DNA of 58,787 bases, filler included, from 6 parts of 6 records of this genome joined end to end with filler, not necessarily neighbours in it; one strand, 5' to 3'; positions 1-10,080 are shown, counted from the first letter of the whole stretch. A program made the numbers and translations. Notes: generated from the sequence alone by a model not told the origin.

Positions 1-66
1 TTTTACGCTGACGCAGCATTTTCCACGCTGCGAGCGCATACAGCGAGAAAATCGGATTCACAGGTT

Positions 67-199
67 GGGTTCTCCCGGCACCTTAGCTGCGCTGATCACG
101 AGCGGCTGGTTCAGGAAACAGCGCCTTTCGCTGCAACGCACACAAACTGGTAAGACGCGGACTTTTTTGCCATTGGCAGCGCCAGCATGAACGGCAGCT
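67..199 (+). repeat. Cluster of three degenerate inverted-box units (cassette-boundary repeat family)
   Basis: Unit cores start at 81, 125 and 171 (period 44-46). 67-135 aligns without gaps to 930-998 (about 50/69 identical by hand count). Confidence 0.8.
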
Positions 200-252
200 A
201 CCAATTCTAACCTTTCAACAACTAGGCCGTTGATAGACCACATGACGAACGC

Positions 253-840
253 CTAGTACTGCTCGTTGGTTTCCACGTACGGCACCCCTGCATCGTTGAT
301 TTTTTCGGCCAGCCAAGACAGGCTGACACCAGAATACGAATGAAGCTGTATGGGGTCCTGAGAGTGAAAGTGAATCCAGTATTCGCGCTCATCGATATCT
401 TCATACTTTTCAATGGTCCTAAATTCTATCTGCTTTACGTCATTAAGCTGAACTTCAAACCCTTCTTCGTTCCCATGAGCGTGCCGAGGAACGCTCCAGA
501 CCAGAGCATGGTCTGAAAGCCGAAAATGCCACTCTCCGGTCGTAGAATATGCACGAACAGCAAATACGCATTCCTTCAACGACCCGTAGATTCCCGCTCC
601 AACGCATACGAAGCCGAAGACAGTCCCAATGCCCCAAGTTTCGACGGCTTCAAGGCTTAGCTCCATCACTGCGGTCTCTGGAACAAGCCGCATCCCAAAC
701 CAAATCAGGCCAACGGAGAGTAGCGGTACAACGATGAGTCGTCCTAAGTTCCGCCCTTTGACTGACCGTCGAACATCATAGTTTAAATTCCCTTGTCCGA
801 CTTCAGTCAATTTTTTCTCCGACCATGCGCTAATGTTCAT
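253..840 (-). CDS. Hypothetical membrane protein (two TM helices plus a soluble C-terminal domain), about 195 aa
   Basis: 3' part of ORF 253..1197. Start chosen at ATG 840 (MNISAW) because the upstream extension runs through the repeat cluster and overlaps the GST start. Two hydrophobic segments. Confidence 0.65.
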   Translation of the reverse strand: MNISAWSEKKLTEVGQGNLNYDVRRSVKGRNLGRLIVVPLLSVGLIWFGMRLVPETAVMELSLEAVETWGIGTVFGFVCVGAGIYGSLKECVFAVRAYSTTGEWHFRLSDHALVWSVPRHAHGNEEGFEVQLNDVKQIEFRTIEKYEDIDEREYWIHFHSQDPIQLHSYSGVSLSWLAEKINDAGVPYVETNEQY

Positions 841-929
841 AGATAGATATCTACCAATCGCACTGTCCAGATGGAACCCAGCCTGTTGGCTTTCCCGACG
901 TTGGAGCGAAACGCAGCATGGATTAACAT

Positions 930-1064
930 GGGCTCTTCTGGCACTTTCGCCGCATGATCCACGAACGACTGGTCTAGGATACTGTGCCTTTCGCTGCACG
1001 ACGCATGAATTGGCACAACGTGGGACAAAGCGAGCTTTCGCTGCGATTGCGCTAAAGACCGCTT
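930..1064 (+). repeat. Cluster of three degenerate inverted-box units
   Basis: CTTTCGCYGC cores at 944, 988 and 1035. Third unit is AAGCGAGCTTT...AAAGACCGCTT (inverted arms). Confidence 0.8.
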
Positions 1065-1179
1065 CCGTAAAGAGTGAAAAAATGGGTGTGACCGATCGAT
1101 AAATTACAACTAAGTGCGCAAAAATCTGGAAACCAACATGCTTCTTGAAATACTCGGTGGATTCAGGAAAGTTGGCTAG

Positions 1180-1800
1180 ATGAAATTGCTGGGGCACAAA
1201 AAGTCGATCAATGTCCGAAAAGTGCTTTGGACTTGCGTGGAGTTGGGGCTTTCACCGGAATGCGAGGACTGGGGTGGGGATTCCCAGCCAACGTCTGCGT
1301 CCGAGTTTCTTGGATTGAATCCAAAGGGTTTGATCCCTGTTTTGGTTGATGGGGACTTTGTGTTATCGGAATCCAATTCAATCTGCCGTTTTCTTGCCAC
1401 TTGCGAAGGCCGTTCAGACTTGTTGCCAACCACAGCAGTAGATCGCGCTTTGGTCGAATGTTGGATGGACTGGCAGATATCCGAATTGAATAGTGCTTGG
1501 CGGTACGCCTTCATGGGCCTTGTACGAAGGTCAGGGGACTTTGCCGATGTGGATGCTCAAACTGCAAGCATCCGATCATGGAATCATGCCATGACTTTGC
1601 TGGAAAAAAGACTATTTTTTACTGAATCTTATGTATGTGGCGAGAGCTTCACTCTTGCTGATATTGTGCTCGCGTTATCGACCAACCGTTGGGAGCTAAC
1701 GCCGATGGATCGGCCTGCCTTACCTGCCGTTGATGCTTGGATGGCCCGTATATCTTCGCGTCCCGGCTTTGTTGCGCATTGTCGCAACGGAGTAGCCTGA
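1180..1800 (+). CDS. Glutathione S-transferase (GstB-like)
   Basis: SINVRKVLW, LNPKGLIPVLVDG, ESNSI and FTLADI motifs; 206 aa. Confidence 0.92.
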   Translation: MKLLGHKKSINVRKVLWTCVELGLSPECEDWGGDSQPTSASEFLGLNPKGLIPVLVDGDFVLSESNSICRFLATCEGRSDLLPTTAVDRALVECWMDWQISELNSAWRYAFMGLVRRSGDFADVDAQTASIRSWNHAMTLLEKRLFFTESYVCGESFTLADIVLALSTNRWELTPMDRPALPAVDAWMARISSRPGFVAHCRNGVA

Positions 1801-1965
1801 CTAGCATAAATAGGAAGTAAAAAGACTGCCAGAGAAACTCGCCAACGTCATTGCGGTAGAGGGTGCTGTTGGAGCGCGGCCCCGTAGAACAGGTTGCTAT
1901 TTCTAAAAAGCAGGGTTCTTCCCTTTAGAACGGAGCAGGTGGTGGGCCTATACTCACATGAAACA

Positions 1966-2096
1966 CCCGAAGCGGCCGTTCACACGCTTCGCAGTATCAA
2001 GCAATTTGGGCTCAAAGCCGCCGTTAGCTGTGCCTACGAGCGGCACATGAGGCGGCTTGTCCATTCAATGCCTGCTGCGCGGACGAAGCGGACTTT
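1966..2096 (+). repeat. Cluster of inverted-box units
   Basis: CCCGAAGCGGCCGTT (1966), GGGCTCAAAGCCGCCGTTAGCTG (2008), AATGCCTGCTG-CGCGGACG-AAGCGGACTTT (2067-2096). Confidence 0.7.
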
Positions 2097-2175
2097 GGAA
2101 ACGCGTACAGACAAGATATCAAATCCATAACCATAGTCTTGCCACGGCGTAGACTAATATCGGGGAAAAAGTCAT

Positions 2176-2865
2176 TTGAAAGCCGCTGTATCGTTCATTG
2201 TTTTGGCTTTATGGATCAGCAGCTGGCTCCCGACGTCAGCTGATAGATGGGTCACTTATACCGTTGCTGGCCTCTTCGTTGGACTGGTCGTAGCTCTTCT
2301 TGTCCAAAGGATCCTTGGGGATCGCCACAGGCCAGCAAGAGCGGTTTCGGTACTCGGGTACATAGCTTTGATAGGCGGAGCGCTCTTGACCTTTTTGGTC
2401 AGAGCCGTCGGCACGCCAGTGGAGGGCGCAATCACGCTCTTCTTTGCTCTGGGGCTCGCGGGCTATGTCTTTTTGATCAGGGATATTTTGTCGCCCAGGC
2501 AAACCTCGAAAAGCCATCTTGGAACAGGATCTGTCATGCTTGTTCTGCTCTCCGCCTGGTCTTGGTCGTCGGCCTTGAGCATGTATTTCCACATCGGTTC
2601 GGCCAACGACACTGATGTTTCATGTATCCTTGTCCCCAAATCCCTTCGCTATGACACCGAGCTGAGCTCTGTCTGGGAAATGCGCCTTGCCGAAGTCGCG
2701 GAGAGCAACACCGGTCCGACCGGTACGGTCATTTTGGATTACCATGCGATACTCGTCGTACCCTCTGACGGACAAGCCGAGATTTATAACTGGTCAAAGA
2801 GGTGGATGCGCTTCGAACGTCTCGATATTAAACGCAACCCATATCTCCCGAGAGATTGCCCATAA
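2176..2865 (+). CDS. Hypothetical multipass membrane protein, 229 aa
   Basis: About five hydrophobic helices followed by a soluble C-terminal domain with two Cys; TTG start. Confidence 0.7.
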   Translation: MKAAVSFIVLALWISSWLPTSADRWVTYTVAGLFVGLVVALLVQRILGDRHRPARAVSVLGYIALIGGALLTFLVRAVGTPVEGAITLFFALGLAGYVFLIRDILSPRQTSKSHLGTGSVMLVLLSAWSWSSALSMYFHIGSANDTDVSCILVPKSLRYDTELSSVWEMRLAEVAESNTGPTGTVILDYHAILVVPSDGQAEIYNWSKRWMRFERLDIKRNPYLPRDCP

Positions 2866-2866
2866 T

Positions 2867-3013
2867 TCTGGTGGTTTTGGGCTCAGAGCGGACTTGCGGC
2901 GTCGGGACGAGGCTTGAAAAATGAGCGAGCCGCGTCGCCGGTCGATTTCGGCCCAAACCTGCCGTTGGCTACGACATCTCAATACTGCAGTCGCAGCCCG
3001 CATTGCCGTCATT
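2867..3013 (+). repeat. Cluster of inverted-box units starting immediately after the stop codon at 2865
   Basis: TTTGGGCTCAGAGCGGACTT (2876-2895); GGCCCAAACCTGCCGTT-N16-TACTGCAG (from 2950). Confidence 0.7.
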
Positions 3014-3075
3014 CACATCAGGTGTGGCATCTGAAACTGATCCAAGACACAGTCTACGGATTTAACGGTCGTTAG

Positions 3076-6000
3076 TTATCTTTTGGTATCGTTGTTCCAG
3101 CCAACTTGCTTCCAGTCATTGCCATCGAACCAAACGGCGCCTTCAGATCTTCGCCAACAGGACTCATTGTTGACGCCTCTAGGCCATGTGTTGCGCTCTG
3201 CAATCATTATCCAAACTGGTTCAATTGGGCTCTCTTCTGCGTACCGACGAAGCGTAGCCTCATCTATGACCACCGCTGTCTGATGACTCACTGGCCGTTG
3301 CGATTTCACAACCGTGTTTCCAGCACTGTCGATCCAGCACTGAGGTCCTTCGGAAGACATGGTCAGACCTAGTTCTTCCGCGAACCATTTTTGCGGCATG
3401 TAGTTTGTGAAGCCTTCGGGCAGTGTTTTGTCGAGATGGCTTTCCCAATGGTAGTGAGCAATGGGGATAGCAAACTCACAGTCAGACGGTGCCTTCCAAA
3501 TGTGCTGGTCAAATTTCACTGACTTCCAGGTCTCGCGCCAGAATGCCTCGCGCAAAAAGGGGCCATCAGTGAATTCTCGGGGTTGAAAGTCGTTAACACT
3601 CAGGCTCGCTTCAGCAGCAAGATAATCAGTGAAATCAGTGGCTTTCCCTTTCCTTACAAATACACAGTAGAAGAACCTGAACTCTTCATATCGTTTGCCG
3701 TGGTCACCAAGTCGCGGTTTTGCGTAGTCCGCTTCCGCCAGACTGAATTCGTAGAGCGCCAACCATCGTCTTTTGTTCTCATCCACTCGAACCAGTTTGT
3801 CCGAGATTGCTTGAGTGGGATCTTCGGTGAACGGCCACTCTTTCAGCTTTTCTTCAGCTACTTCCGGTAGCACGATCTGAGGTTCGGACATCCAGTCAAT
3901 GTTGGCTTGCGGTGAGGAGGGGTAACGGGTTGCAGTAGGCAGGATGGTGGGCTCGATATTTCGGCGAAACTCATGATGGCTGTACCGATACTGGTGTGGT
4001 CGCTCTGGCCAGCCCTCGAGGACCCAAAAATTGTCTGCCAACCTAGCTTGTAGCTCATCTAGAGCGATGCGCTGGTATTTCTTTCCTATGCGCTCAAGGT
4101 CGTTTTCGTGGCGTGAGTAACTTCCTCCCTGCCCATCATTTGGGAATAATTCTTCTGTCCATCCAAGTTCATAGGCTCGCTTAGTAATCCAGAGACGGCA
4201 CTGATGAACGCTGATTGTCTCGTAGTCACCGTGGCCCGCGGCATCGTCGAAATACTCATCAACTAATCGCCTCTGTTCTTCCGCATTTAGCAGTTCATTC
4301 AGTGCAGCAAGAGCGTCTTCCTTGCTGATTTCTTCATCGTTCTCCTCAATCTCAAGTTCGATAGTTTCCGTTTCCTCCTCCTCGCCCTGATCGTTAAGGG
4401 TCGTGCGCACAATCAAACCGAACGGTACGATTGATGCTTGTTCGTAGGCTTCAAGCGCTGCCGCTCTCTCCGGATAGGGATCAATAATCTCAGCTTTGAA
4501 ACGGTCTTTCACTTCCGACGCTGAGATAGGCTCGGGTTCAGAAAGTCGAGTGGTCAGGAAGCCACGCACTCGTCCTGGTATGCTGTACTTGCCGTAGTCA
4601 CCCCACTCACTCGACGCCGAGCTGAAGATTGATTTGCCGCCACGGCTATCTGCGATTTTCTCAACCTGCTCTTTTGTCAGGCCGAATATCGGCTCTTCAG
4701 AGCCGAAGGGATGGTAACAATTTTCGAGCTTTGCACCCGTTTCCAGGGCGTTTTTGTGCGATGCGAGTTCAACGATCCCCAGAGCATAATCCCTGGTCAT
4801 CAATGACACCGGCGGCGTACTTTCAGCAAAAGCCTTTGCGAAGATCAGGCTCGAGTATGTCCCGAGCCGCTCCACACTGGGATCGATACAGCAGGCTCCA
4901 AAAGCTGCTGCATAAAGCCTCTCAGCCACGTAGGGATCATTGCAGGAGTGCATTTCCTCAAAAACAAAGTCGAATACATCCGACTTGGTTAAGAACAGCG
5001 AAGTTAGCGCTTTGGTCGACCGATCTCGCAAAGTTATGTGGGACGACGACAAGGACCATGCGAGGATCAGAGAAGCCAACTCCATATGTCTGGCATCGGT
5101 TTTCCGGTCTTTTGTCGACATTGCCCAGGAGATGATGCGATCGATCTGGCTAAACTCCTCTCTGGACGCCCAGTTGATCCAGCTGGTCCAGTGACTGTCT
5201 CGTTCTGCCATCCCAAAGCTTTGGAGGTGCGCATTCAGAAACTTCGCATTGTACGGGTGGTCGATTGTGATCGACACGTCCAGCAGCAAGCCTTGAGGGT
5301 CGACAGAGTAACCGTCCAGAGTGTTGAGGAGGTCTCTAGCGTCATTTGTAAATGCCTCCAGCTTTCTCCATTTGAAGCTTTCGGCAAAACCCTGTTGAAG
5401 CGTACCGTCTTCCCAGTGTCTTTCCCAATCTGGCACCTCGATGGCGAACTCGGTGCCTAGTTTTTCTGGGTAGATCGTCGACAATGCGCCAATCAGTCCG
5501 GAGTATTCGTAACGTATCTGACGAAATGTGTCGCCTTCGTAGAAGAGGAAGTTCAGTGGCCCTCCAGCATTAAATTCCGCACCCGATTGCGAACGAGCCT
5601 TCTGAATGCCAATCCGCTCTAGGAGCTTCCGCCCCAGTCTAGTGATCGACCACGAATTGGCGCTAGCGGATGCCCTAGCCGCAACTACCTTTTCGGCCAA
5701 CGCGTCGGCCATAAGGTAGTCCTGAAAACGTTGAAAAGAGAACCTGATCAGCTCAGAAGGAGGGTTCAGCGGATCGATGTTCTTCGAGTAAGGAGGCGGA
5801 TCACGACGGAACAGGCTCGATTGAATGAAGACATCGAGCCATGATTTGCCTTCGGGTGCTTGGCGACTGCCAAACTGCTCGTGTGCAAGGTCACTGGCAA
5901 CCTCAAGTTCAACGAAATCTTGCCCATTGGCCGCCATGGCAGTCGCGATGCGTTGCACAAACCTCTTGAGCGATGATGACAAATCCTCAGGCCGAACAGA

Positions 6001-7680
6001 GCGAACACCAGTTCTGGAAGCGATCCCATCAAGGTAGAATGCCATTAATTCTGAAACGCCCTGCAGACCTCTTGGAAACTCTGACTCACCTCTTTCAAGA
6101 AGTGCTTCGCTTGTGGTCCTCAAGAAGAGTGGGTTGGTAAACTCGGGGGAGAGCCAAGGCGTGTTGGGGCGAGATATGCCCTTGTTGTCTAGATATTGGA
6201 TTGCGGCGCGTTCTCGTTCTTCAAGGCTGAAGAAGCCGTGCATGCTGAAGACGGGCACGGCTTTTAGTAAGTTTTCAGGAATTGCATACTTCGAGTAGAC
6301 ATCTCGGCAAGAAAAAACGGCAGCGATATATGGATATGGTCGTAGCGCATCGATGACTTGGGGTATCCAGTGCATCCAGTAGGTTGCGCCTGCTCCTTCG
6401 TTGATTGCGTCAAAGAAAAGGAGAGTCCTCTTTCCTTTCCTCGAACCTGCTGCGTCCAGGACACCTAGAATTTCATCTGAGGTCTTTGCTTCAAGCCCCA
6501 ATAGTCCGCCGAGTTGCGGCCAAAATGGAGCGTCAGACAAGTCTTGACCTAGTATTACGACTGTTGGCAAACCATCTTGGACACGTTGCGAAGCGGCTTG
6601 TCCTAGAGAATGTGATTTGCCTGAACCGGCTTCCCCAAGGACTATCGCAGACTTTGCGGTTTCTGCCGCCCAGTCACGTTGCCTGAGCGCATCGTCGAGA
6701 GTGGCAAGAGCCGTCTGAAGCTTACTCAGGCTATCTTTCACAACGGTGAACTTCTGCTTTTCGACCTCCTCTAGGCTTTTGCTATCGGTAGATGAGAATG
6801 GTCGTTCTAGTTTCCACGCAAGTTTGTGCAGCTCATCCAGCGTTTCTTTGGCCTTTGCCAAATTCCACTTTATCGTTGGTTCCTGATCGATGAGCGCCTG
6901 CATCTCAACAAGCTCGGACCAGAGTGATTGCGCTCCTGCCAAGACTTCGGGATCTGGTGCCAAAGGTGTTGTAGTAAACTCGATTGATGGAACTCTGTTG
7001 CTCGCCAAGAACGTAAAAGCATCATGAAGACGAGCACGTGATTTCGGCCCTCGGACGATAGCGTCAAACATTGCTTCGATTGATACTTCGACGTGATCTT
7101 CAGGGTTGAAACGGTCGTCTAGTTTTAATGTCGCCGCCTCGACTTGACTACTGAACCACGTGTCGTCCAGAACATCGCCGCCAAACCAAAAACGCTGCAA
7201 GGCGAGATTATCGTTTACGAGAAGCTTGTCATTGAGAACTGTCGCGCCCCAACATTCGAACTCAATCGAAATAGAACTCTTGGACGCCAGTGCTTTCCAA
7301 GTCGCAACGCGATCATCCCATTTTTCTTGTTGTGACTTGCCCTTCGCTTTTGGACCCCGCTTGGGAGTGAAGTCGAGCGGTAGAGCAAACACATACCTTT
7401 TGAGCTCCGGATGGGTCTTCAGCGCTTGCGCGACAGACTTGTCCATTTGCTTCCATTGAGTGTCGCCAAGAGTTTCAAAAAACTTCGACTGATAACCAAT
7501 CTTGTCGTCGTTATTTAGTAACCAGATAGCCTCAACACCACCATCGCCACCCCGGCCATCATTGGGCTGGAATTCATGAGCGTTTTCTGGTGGCTCCCTT
7601 CGCGCGAGAACCTTTACCAAAGCTTCAAACGAGTCCCGTCGTCCGGTTTCAAAGCCATTAATCTCTTGAAGGTTGATCAT
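3076..7680 (-). CDS. STAND/NACHT NTPase with N-terminal PD-(D/E)xK nuclease domain; AVAST (Avs2-like) anti-phage protein, 1534 aa
   Basis: N-terminal FEALV...GGDGGVE...GYQSKF nuclease signature; Walker A GEAGSGKS; Walker B LFFDAINE; NPLFL; C-terminal LRDRSTKAL, NDPYVAERL and ERIGKKYQRIA motifs. The subtype is my recognition, not a search result. Confidence 0.75.
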   Translation of the reverse strand: MINLQEINGFETGRRDSFEALVKVLARREPPENAHEFQPNDGRGGDGGVEAIWLLNNDDKIGYQSKFFETLGDTQWKQMDKSVAQALKTHPELKRYVFALPLDFTPKRGPKAKGKSQQEKWDDRVATWKALASKSSISIEFECWGATVLNDKLLVNDNLALQRFWFGGDVLDDTWFSSQVEAATLKLDDRFNPEDHVEVSIEAMFDAIVRGPKSRARLHDAFTFLASNRVPSIEFTTTPLAPDPEVLAGAQSLWSELVEMQALIDQEPTIKWNLAKAKETLDELHKLAWKLERPFSSTDSKSLEEVEKQKFTVVKDSLSKLQTALATLDDALRQRDWAAETAKSAIVLGEAGSGKSHSLGQAASQRVQDGLPTVVILGQDLSDAPFWPQLGGLLGLEAKTSDEILGVLDAAGSRKGKRTLLFFDAINEGAGATYWMHWIPQVIDALRPYPYIAAVFSCRDVYSKYAIPENLLKAVPVFSMHGFFSLEERERAAIQYLDNKGISRPNTPWLSPEFTNPLFLRTTSEALLERGESEFPRGLQGVSELMAFYLDGIASRTGVRSVRPEDLSSSLKRFVQRIATAMAANGQDFVELEVASDLAHEQFGSRQAPEGKSWLDVFIQSSLFRRDPPPYSKNIDPLNPPSELIRFSFQRFQDYLMADALAEKVVAARASASANSWSITRLGRKLLERIGIQKARSQSGAEFNAGGPLNFLFYEGDTFRQIRYEYSGLIGALSTIYPEKLGTEFAIEVPDWERHWEDGTLQQGFAESFKWRKLEAFTNDARDLLNTLDGYSVDPQGLLLDVSITIDHPYNAKFLNAHLQSFGMAERDSHWTSWINWASREEFSQIDRIISWAMSTKDRKTDARHMELASLILAWSLSSSHITLRDRSTKALTSLFLTKSDVFDFVFEEMHSCNDPYVAERLYAAAFGACCIDPSVERLGTYSSLIFAKAFAESTPPVSLMTRDYALGIVELASHKNALETGAKLENCYHPFGSEEPIFGLTKEQVEKIADSRGGKSIFSSASSEWGDYGKYSIPGRVRGFLTTRLSEPEPISASEVKDRFKAEIIDPYPERAAALEAYEQASIVPFGLIVRTTLNDQGEEEETETIELEIEENDEEISKEDALAALNELLNAEEQRRLVDEYFDDAAGHGDYETISVHQCRLWITKRAYELGWTEELFPNDGQGGSYSRHENDLERIGKKYQRIALDELQARLADNFWVLEGWPERPHQYRYSHHEFRRNIEPTILPTATRYPSSPQANIDWMSEPQIVLPEVAEEKLKEWPFTEDPTQAISDKLVRVDENKRRWLALYEFSLAEADYAKPRLGDHGKRYEEFRFFYCVFVRKGKATDFTDYLAAEASLSVNDFQPREFTDGPFLREAFWRETWKSVKFDQHIWKAPSDCEFAIPIAHYHWESHLDKTLPEGFTNYMPQKWFAEELGLTMSSEGPQCWIDSAGNTVVKSQRPVSHQTAVVIDEATLRRYAEESPIEPVWIMIAERNTWPRGVNNESCWRRSEGAVWFDGNDWKQVGWNNDTKR

Positions 7681-7866
7681 TTAAACTGATACCGATTCCG
7701 CTGATTAAAAATTCAATGTGAGGGTAGGCTCCCAAATGATCCAGTTAGACACGCCAGATTCCAGTCCCAGTCCATTTTTCATTAGAACAGTGTAGGTCTA
7801 AAACGCCAAGCAGCTTCTTGGAGATATCTTTTTGGTGCATTCGGCGTAGACTGTCCGAAGCTTTGG

Positions 7867-7995
7867 AATGTCCGCTCTGCCCTACGTGCATGGTAGCATT
7901 GCGAACGCAGCTAAAGTCCGGTTTCCGCCCCTTGTGCTGAACAGCGTGGACGGCCCGGAGCGAACATTGATACTAAGCCGGACTAAAGTCTGCAA
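7867..7995. repeat. Cluster of inverted-box units in both orientations
   Basis: AATGTCCGCTCTGCCC (7867) and CGCAGCTAAAGTCCGGTTTCCGCCC (7906-7930) are reverse copies. GGCCCGGAGCGAACATT-N16-AAAGTCTGC (7952-7993) is a forward copy next to the kinase stop codon. Confidence 0.7.
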
Positions 7996-7998
7996 AGG

Positions 7999-9243
7999 TT
8001 AAAAATTCGAGCTTACGAGAGCGCCCAAAGGTATTTCAATCCTGATCAACAGCCCACCCTCTACCCGGTTCCGTGCCATTGTCGCACCTCGATGCGATCG
8101 GACAGCACTGGATGCGATCGCAAGCCCCAGGCCGATCCCTTGGGGCATCGCAACATTGTCGACGCGGACGAAAGGGTTGAATATGGCCTTGAGTTTGGGC
8201 TCAGGTACGCCCGGCCCGTCGTCCGCTACCTCAAGCACGATTCCATCGCCGTTCTGGCTGCCCGTGACGGACACAACGCCGCCTTGAGGCGAATGGGACA
8301 TCGCGTTTCTGACGACATTCTCGCAGGCGCGGTGCAGCAATTCGGGGTTTCCCATCAATTCTAGTTTTTCTGCCCCCCAGTACCGCACACTGACATTCTT
8401 CTCGCGACCTTCGAAATTTGCGTCGAAGATGATGTTCTCGACGATATCGAGCAGGTCGAAGGCCTCCACCGTGCCCAAAGGCTGACCGCGGTCGAGCCGC
8501 GCCAATGTCAGGATTTCGTCGACCAGATGATCAAGCCGGGCAATATCACCCTCCATGCGCCCAGCGAGTGCGCCGCCGCGCGCGGGGTTCACCTCGATCA
8601 GACCGACCGCAGCGCGCAGCCTGGCAAGGGGGGATCGAATTTCATGTGAGATATCGTGGAAAAGCCGGTTTCTACCTTCCGTCAGCGCCTGCAAACGCTC
8701 TGCGGCAAGATCGAAATTGCTTCCCAGATCGCGGATTTCGCGGTTGGACGTTCGCAGACCCTCAAGAATGCGGGTTTCAAGATGCCCTGCGGCAATCGCC
8801 TTCAGGCCTTGGCTTACTTTCCTAAGCGGGCGGGTCAGCCAACGGGACAAAAAAATTGCCATAACCGCGCTGACCAGCCCCCCGATAACAAGCGGCAGCA
8901 GGATGGGCGGCACCAATGCCAGCCCGTCTTGCGCGGTCTCAAGGTAGACAATCCGCAAGCAGCCTTGCGCGAACTCTCCGATTGTCGATGCACCACTACA
9001 TGCGGGATCTTCCTCAAGGGTGAACTGTGGATGGGCGGGCGCAATTGTTTGCCAGATCGAGGTCACGCCTGCCAGACCTTCCTTGTTATAGATCAGGCTG
9101 AGATCTTTACCCAGCAATTCCGTTTCGGTTCTGCTGCGAATATCGTCTGGTGGAGTGAGGTCCACGAAGAAAATAAGCGCCGAGAACAGCAAGAGCGTCA
9201 GGAATGTCGCGCCCCAGATGAAAGCAAAGACCCTTGCGATCAT
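7999..9243 (-). CDS. Sensor histidine kinase (CpxA/BaeS-like; HAMP-HisKA-HATPase)
   Basis: Two TM helices, H-box DISHEIRSPL, N-box ENVVRNA, DDGPG and GIGLGL boxes. Confidence 0.93.
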   Translation of the reverse strand: MIARVFAFIWGATFLTLLLFSALIFFVDLTPPDDIRSRTETELLGKDLSLIYNKEGLAGVTSIWQTIAPAHPQFTLEEDPACSGASTIGEFAQGCLRIVYLETAQDGLALVPPILLPLVIGGLVSAVMAIFLSRWLTRPLRKVSQGLKAIAAGHLETRILEGLRTSNREIRDLGSNFDLAAERLQALTEGRNRLFHDISHEIRSPLARLRAAVGLIEVNPARGGALAGRMEGDIARLDHLVDEILTLARLDRGQPLGTVEAFDLLDIVENIIFDANFEGREKNVSVRYWGAEKLELMGNPELLHRACENVVRNAMSHSPQGGVVSVTGSQNGDGIVLEVADDGPGVPEPKLKAIFNPFVRVDNVAMPQGIGLGLAIASSAVRSHRGATMARNRVEGGLLIRIEIPLGALVSSNF

Positions 9244-9249
9244 GGCGCG

Positions 9250-9942
9250 TTACTCCTTGACCAGAACATAGCCGATACCGCGTATGCTTTGAATAGGGGA
9301 ACGGCCGTGGTAGAATGTGCCGATCTTCTGGCGGATCGCTGACACATGCACATCGACAGCACGGTCATAAGACGCGATCGGGCGGCCAAGCCCCTGCAAC
9401 GACAGATCAGAGCGTGACACCGGTTTTCCGACCTGCGCGATCAGCACATCGAGAATATTGAACTCGACACCTGTAAGGGCGACGGGTGCGTCGTCCCAGG
9501 TGACGATGCGCCTCGCCCGGTCTATGACAAGCGGTCCTTCACTTTGCACACCCGCGCCCCCGCTGGTCGCCTCATCAACAATTTGGGTGCGCCTGAGGAT
9601 CGCGCGGATGCGGGCGGTCAGTTCGGCGGGCGAACACGGCTTGGCAAGGTAATCGTCCGCGCCAAGGTCCAGCCCCGCGATCCGGTCCGCTTCGTCTCCG
9701 CGGGCAGTCAGCATCAATACCGGAACAGCGCTTTCCGACCGGATGCGGTGCAGCACCTGAAGCCCGTTAACTTTCGGCATCATGATGTCGAGCACAACAA
9801 TGTCCGCCCGCGCATCCACGATGCGTCCAAAAGCCCGCTCGCCGTCTGCTGCAATTGCCACGCGGAATCCCTCCTGTTCAAGATACTCTCCCAGCAGGCC
9901 GGTCAGTTCGGTATCGTCGTCAATCAGCAGAATGGTTGTCAT
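9250..9942 (-). CDS. OmpR-family response regulator (CpxR-like)
   Basis: ILLIDDD, VLDIMMP, GADDYLAKP and IRGIGY motifs; start trimmed to MTTILL (ATG 9942). Confidence 0.93.
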   Translation of the reverse strand: MTTILLIDDDTELTGLLGEYLEQEGFRVAIAADGERAFGRIVDARADIVVLDIMMPKVNGLQVLHRIRSESAVPVLMLTARGDEADRIAGLDLGADDYLAKPCSPAELTARIRAILRRTQIVDEATSGGAGVQSEGPLVIDRARRIVTWDDAPVALTGVEFNILDVLIAQVGKPVSRSDLSLQGLGRPIASYDRAVDVHVSAIRQKIGTFYHGRSPIQSIRGIGYVLVKE

Positions 9943-10020
9943 AGCGCGAGCGTCCTTTTGCAGTGACCTTAACGCCAAAAATATCTTCGGATACCCAGCT
10001 TTTGATAACTTTGCAAAGAC

Positions 10021-10035
10021 TTAACACAACTTAAC
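10021..10035. promoter_or_regulatory. Tandem direct repeat TTAAC-N5-TTAAC, candidate OmpR/CpxR-type binding site
   Basis: 10-bp-period repeat in the divergent promoter between the regulator and the efflux operon; resembles the CpxR box TTTAC-N5-TTTAC. Confidence 0.5.
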
Positions 10036-10080
10036 ATCCCCCTGCTGCATACCGACGCAAATGCGTATCGGAGCGTGCGA

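Noticed and set aside
841-1197. 119-aa N-terminal extension of ORF 253..1197, and small ORFs 58..243, 1894..2130, 2794..3012 and 15689..15925
   Set aside because: They run through repeat clusters, have no recognisable motifs and are best explained as chance open frames.
1801-1965. Possible IS end or gene remnant after the GST
   Set aside because: No matching second end, target duplication or transposase fragment could be identified.
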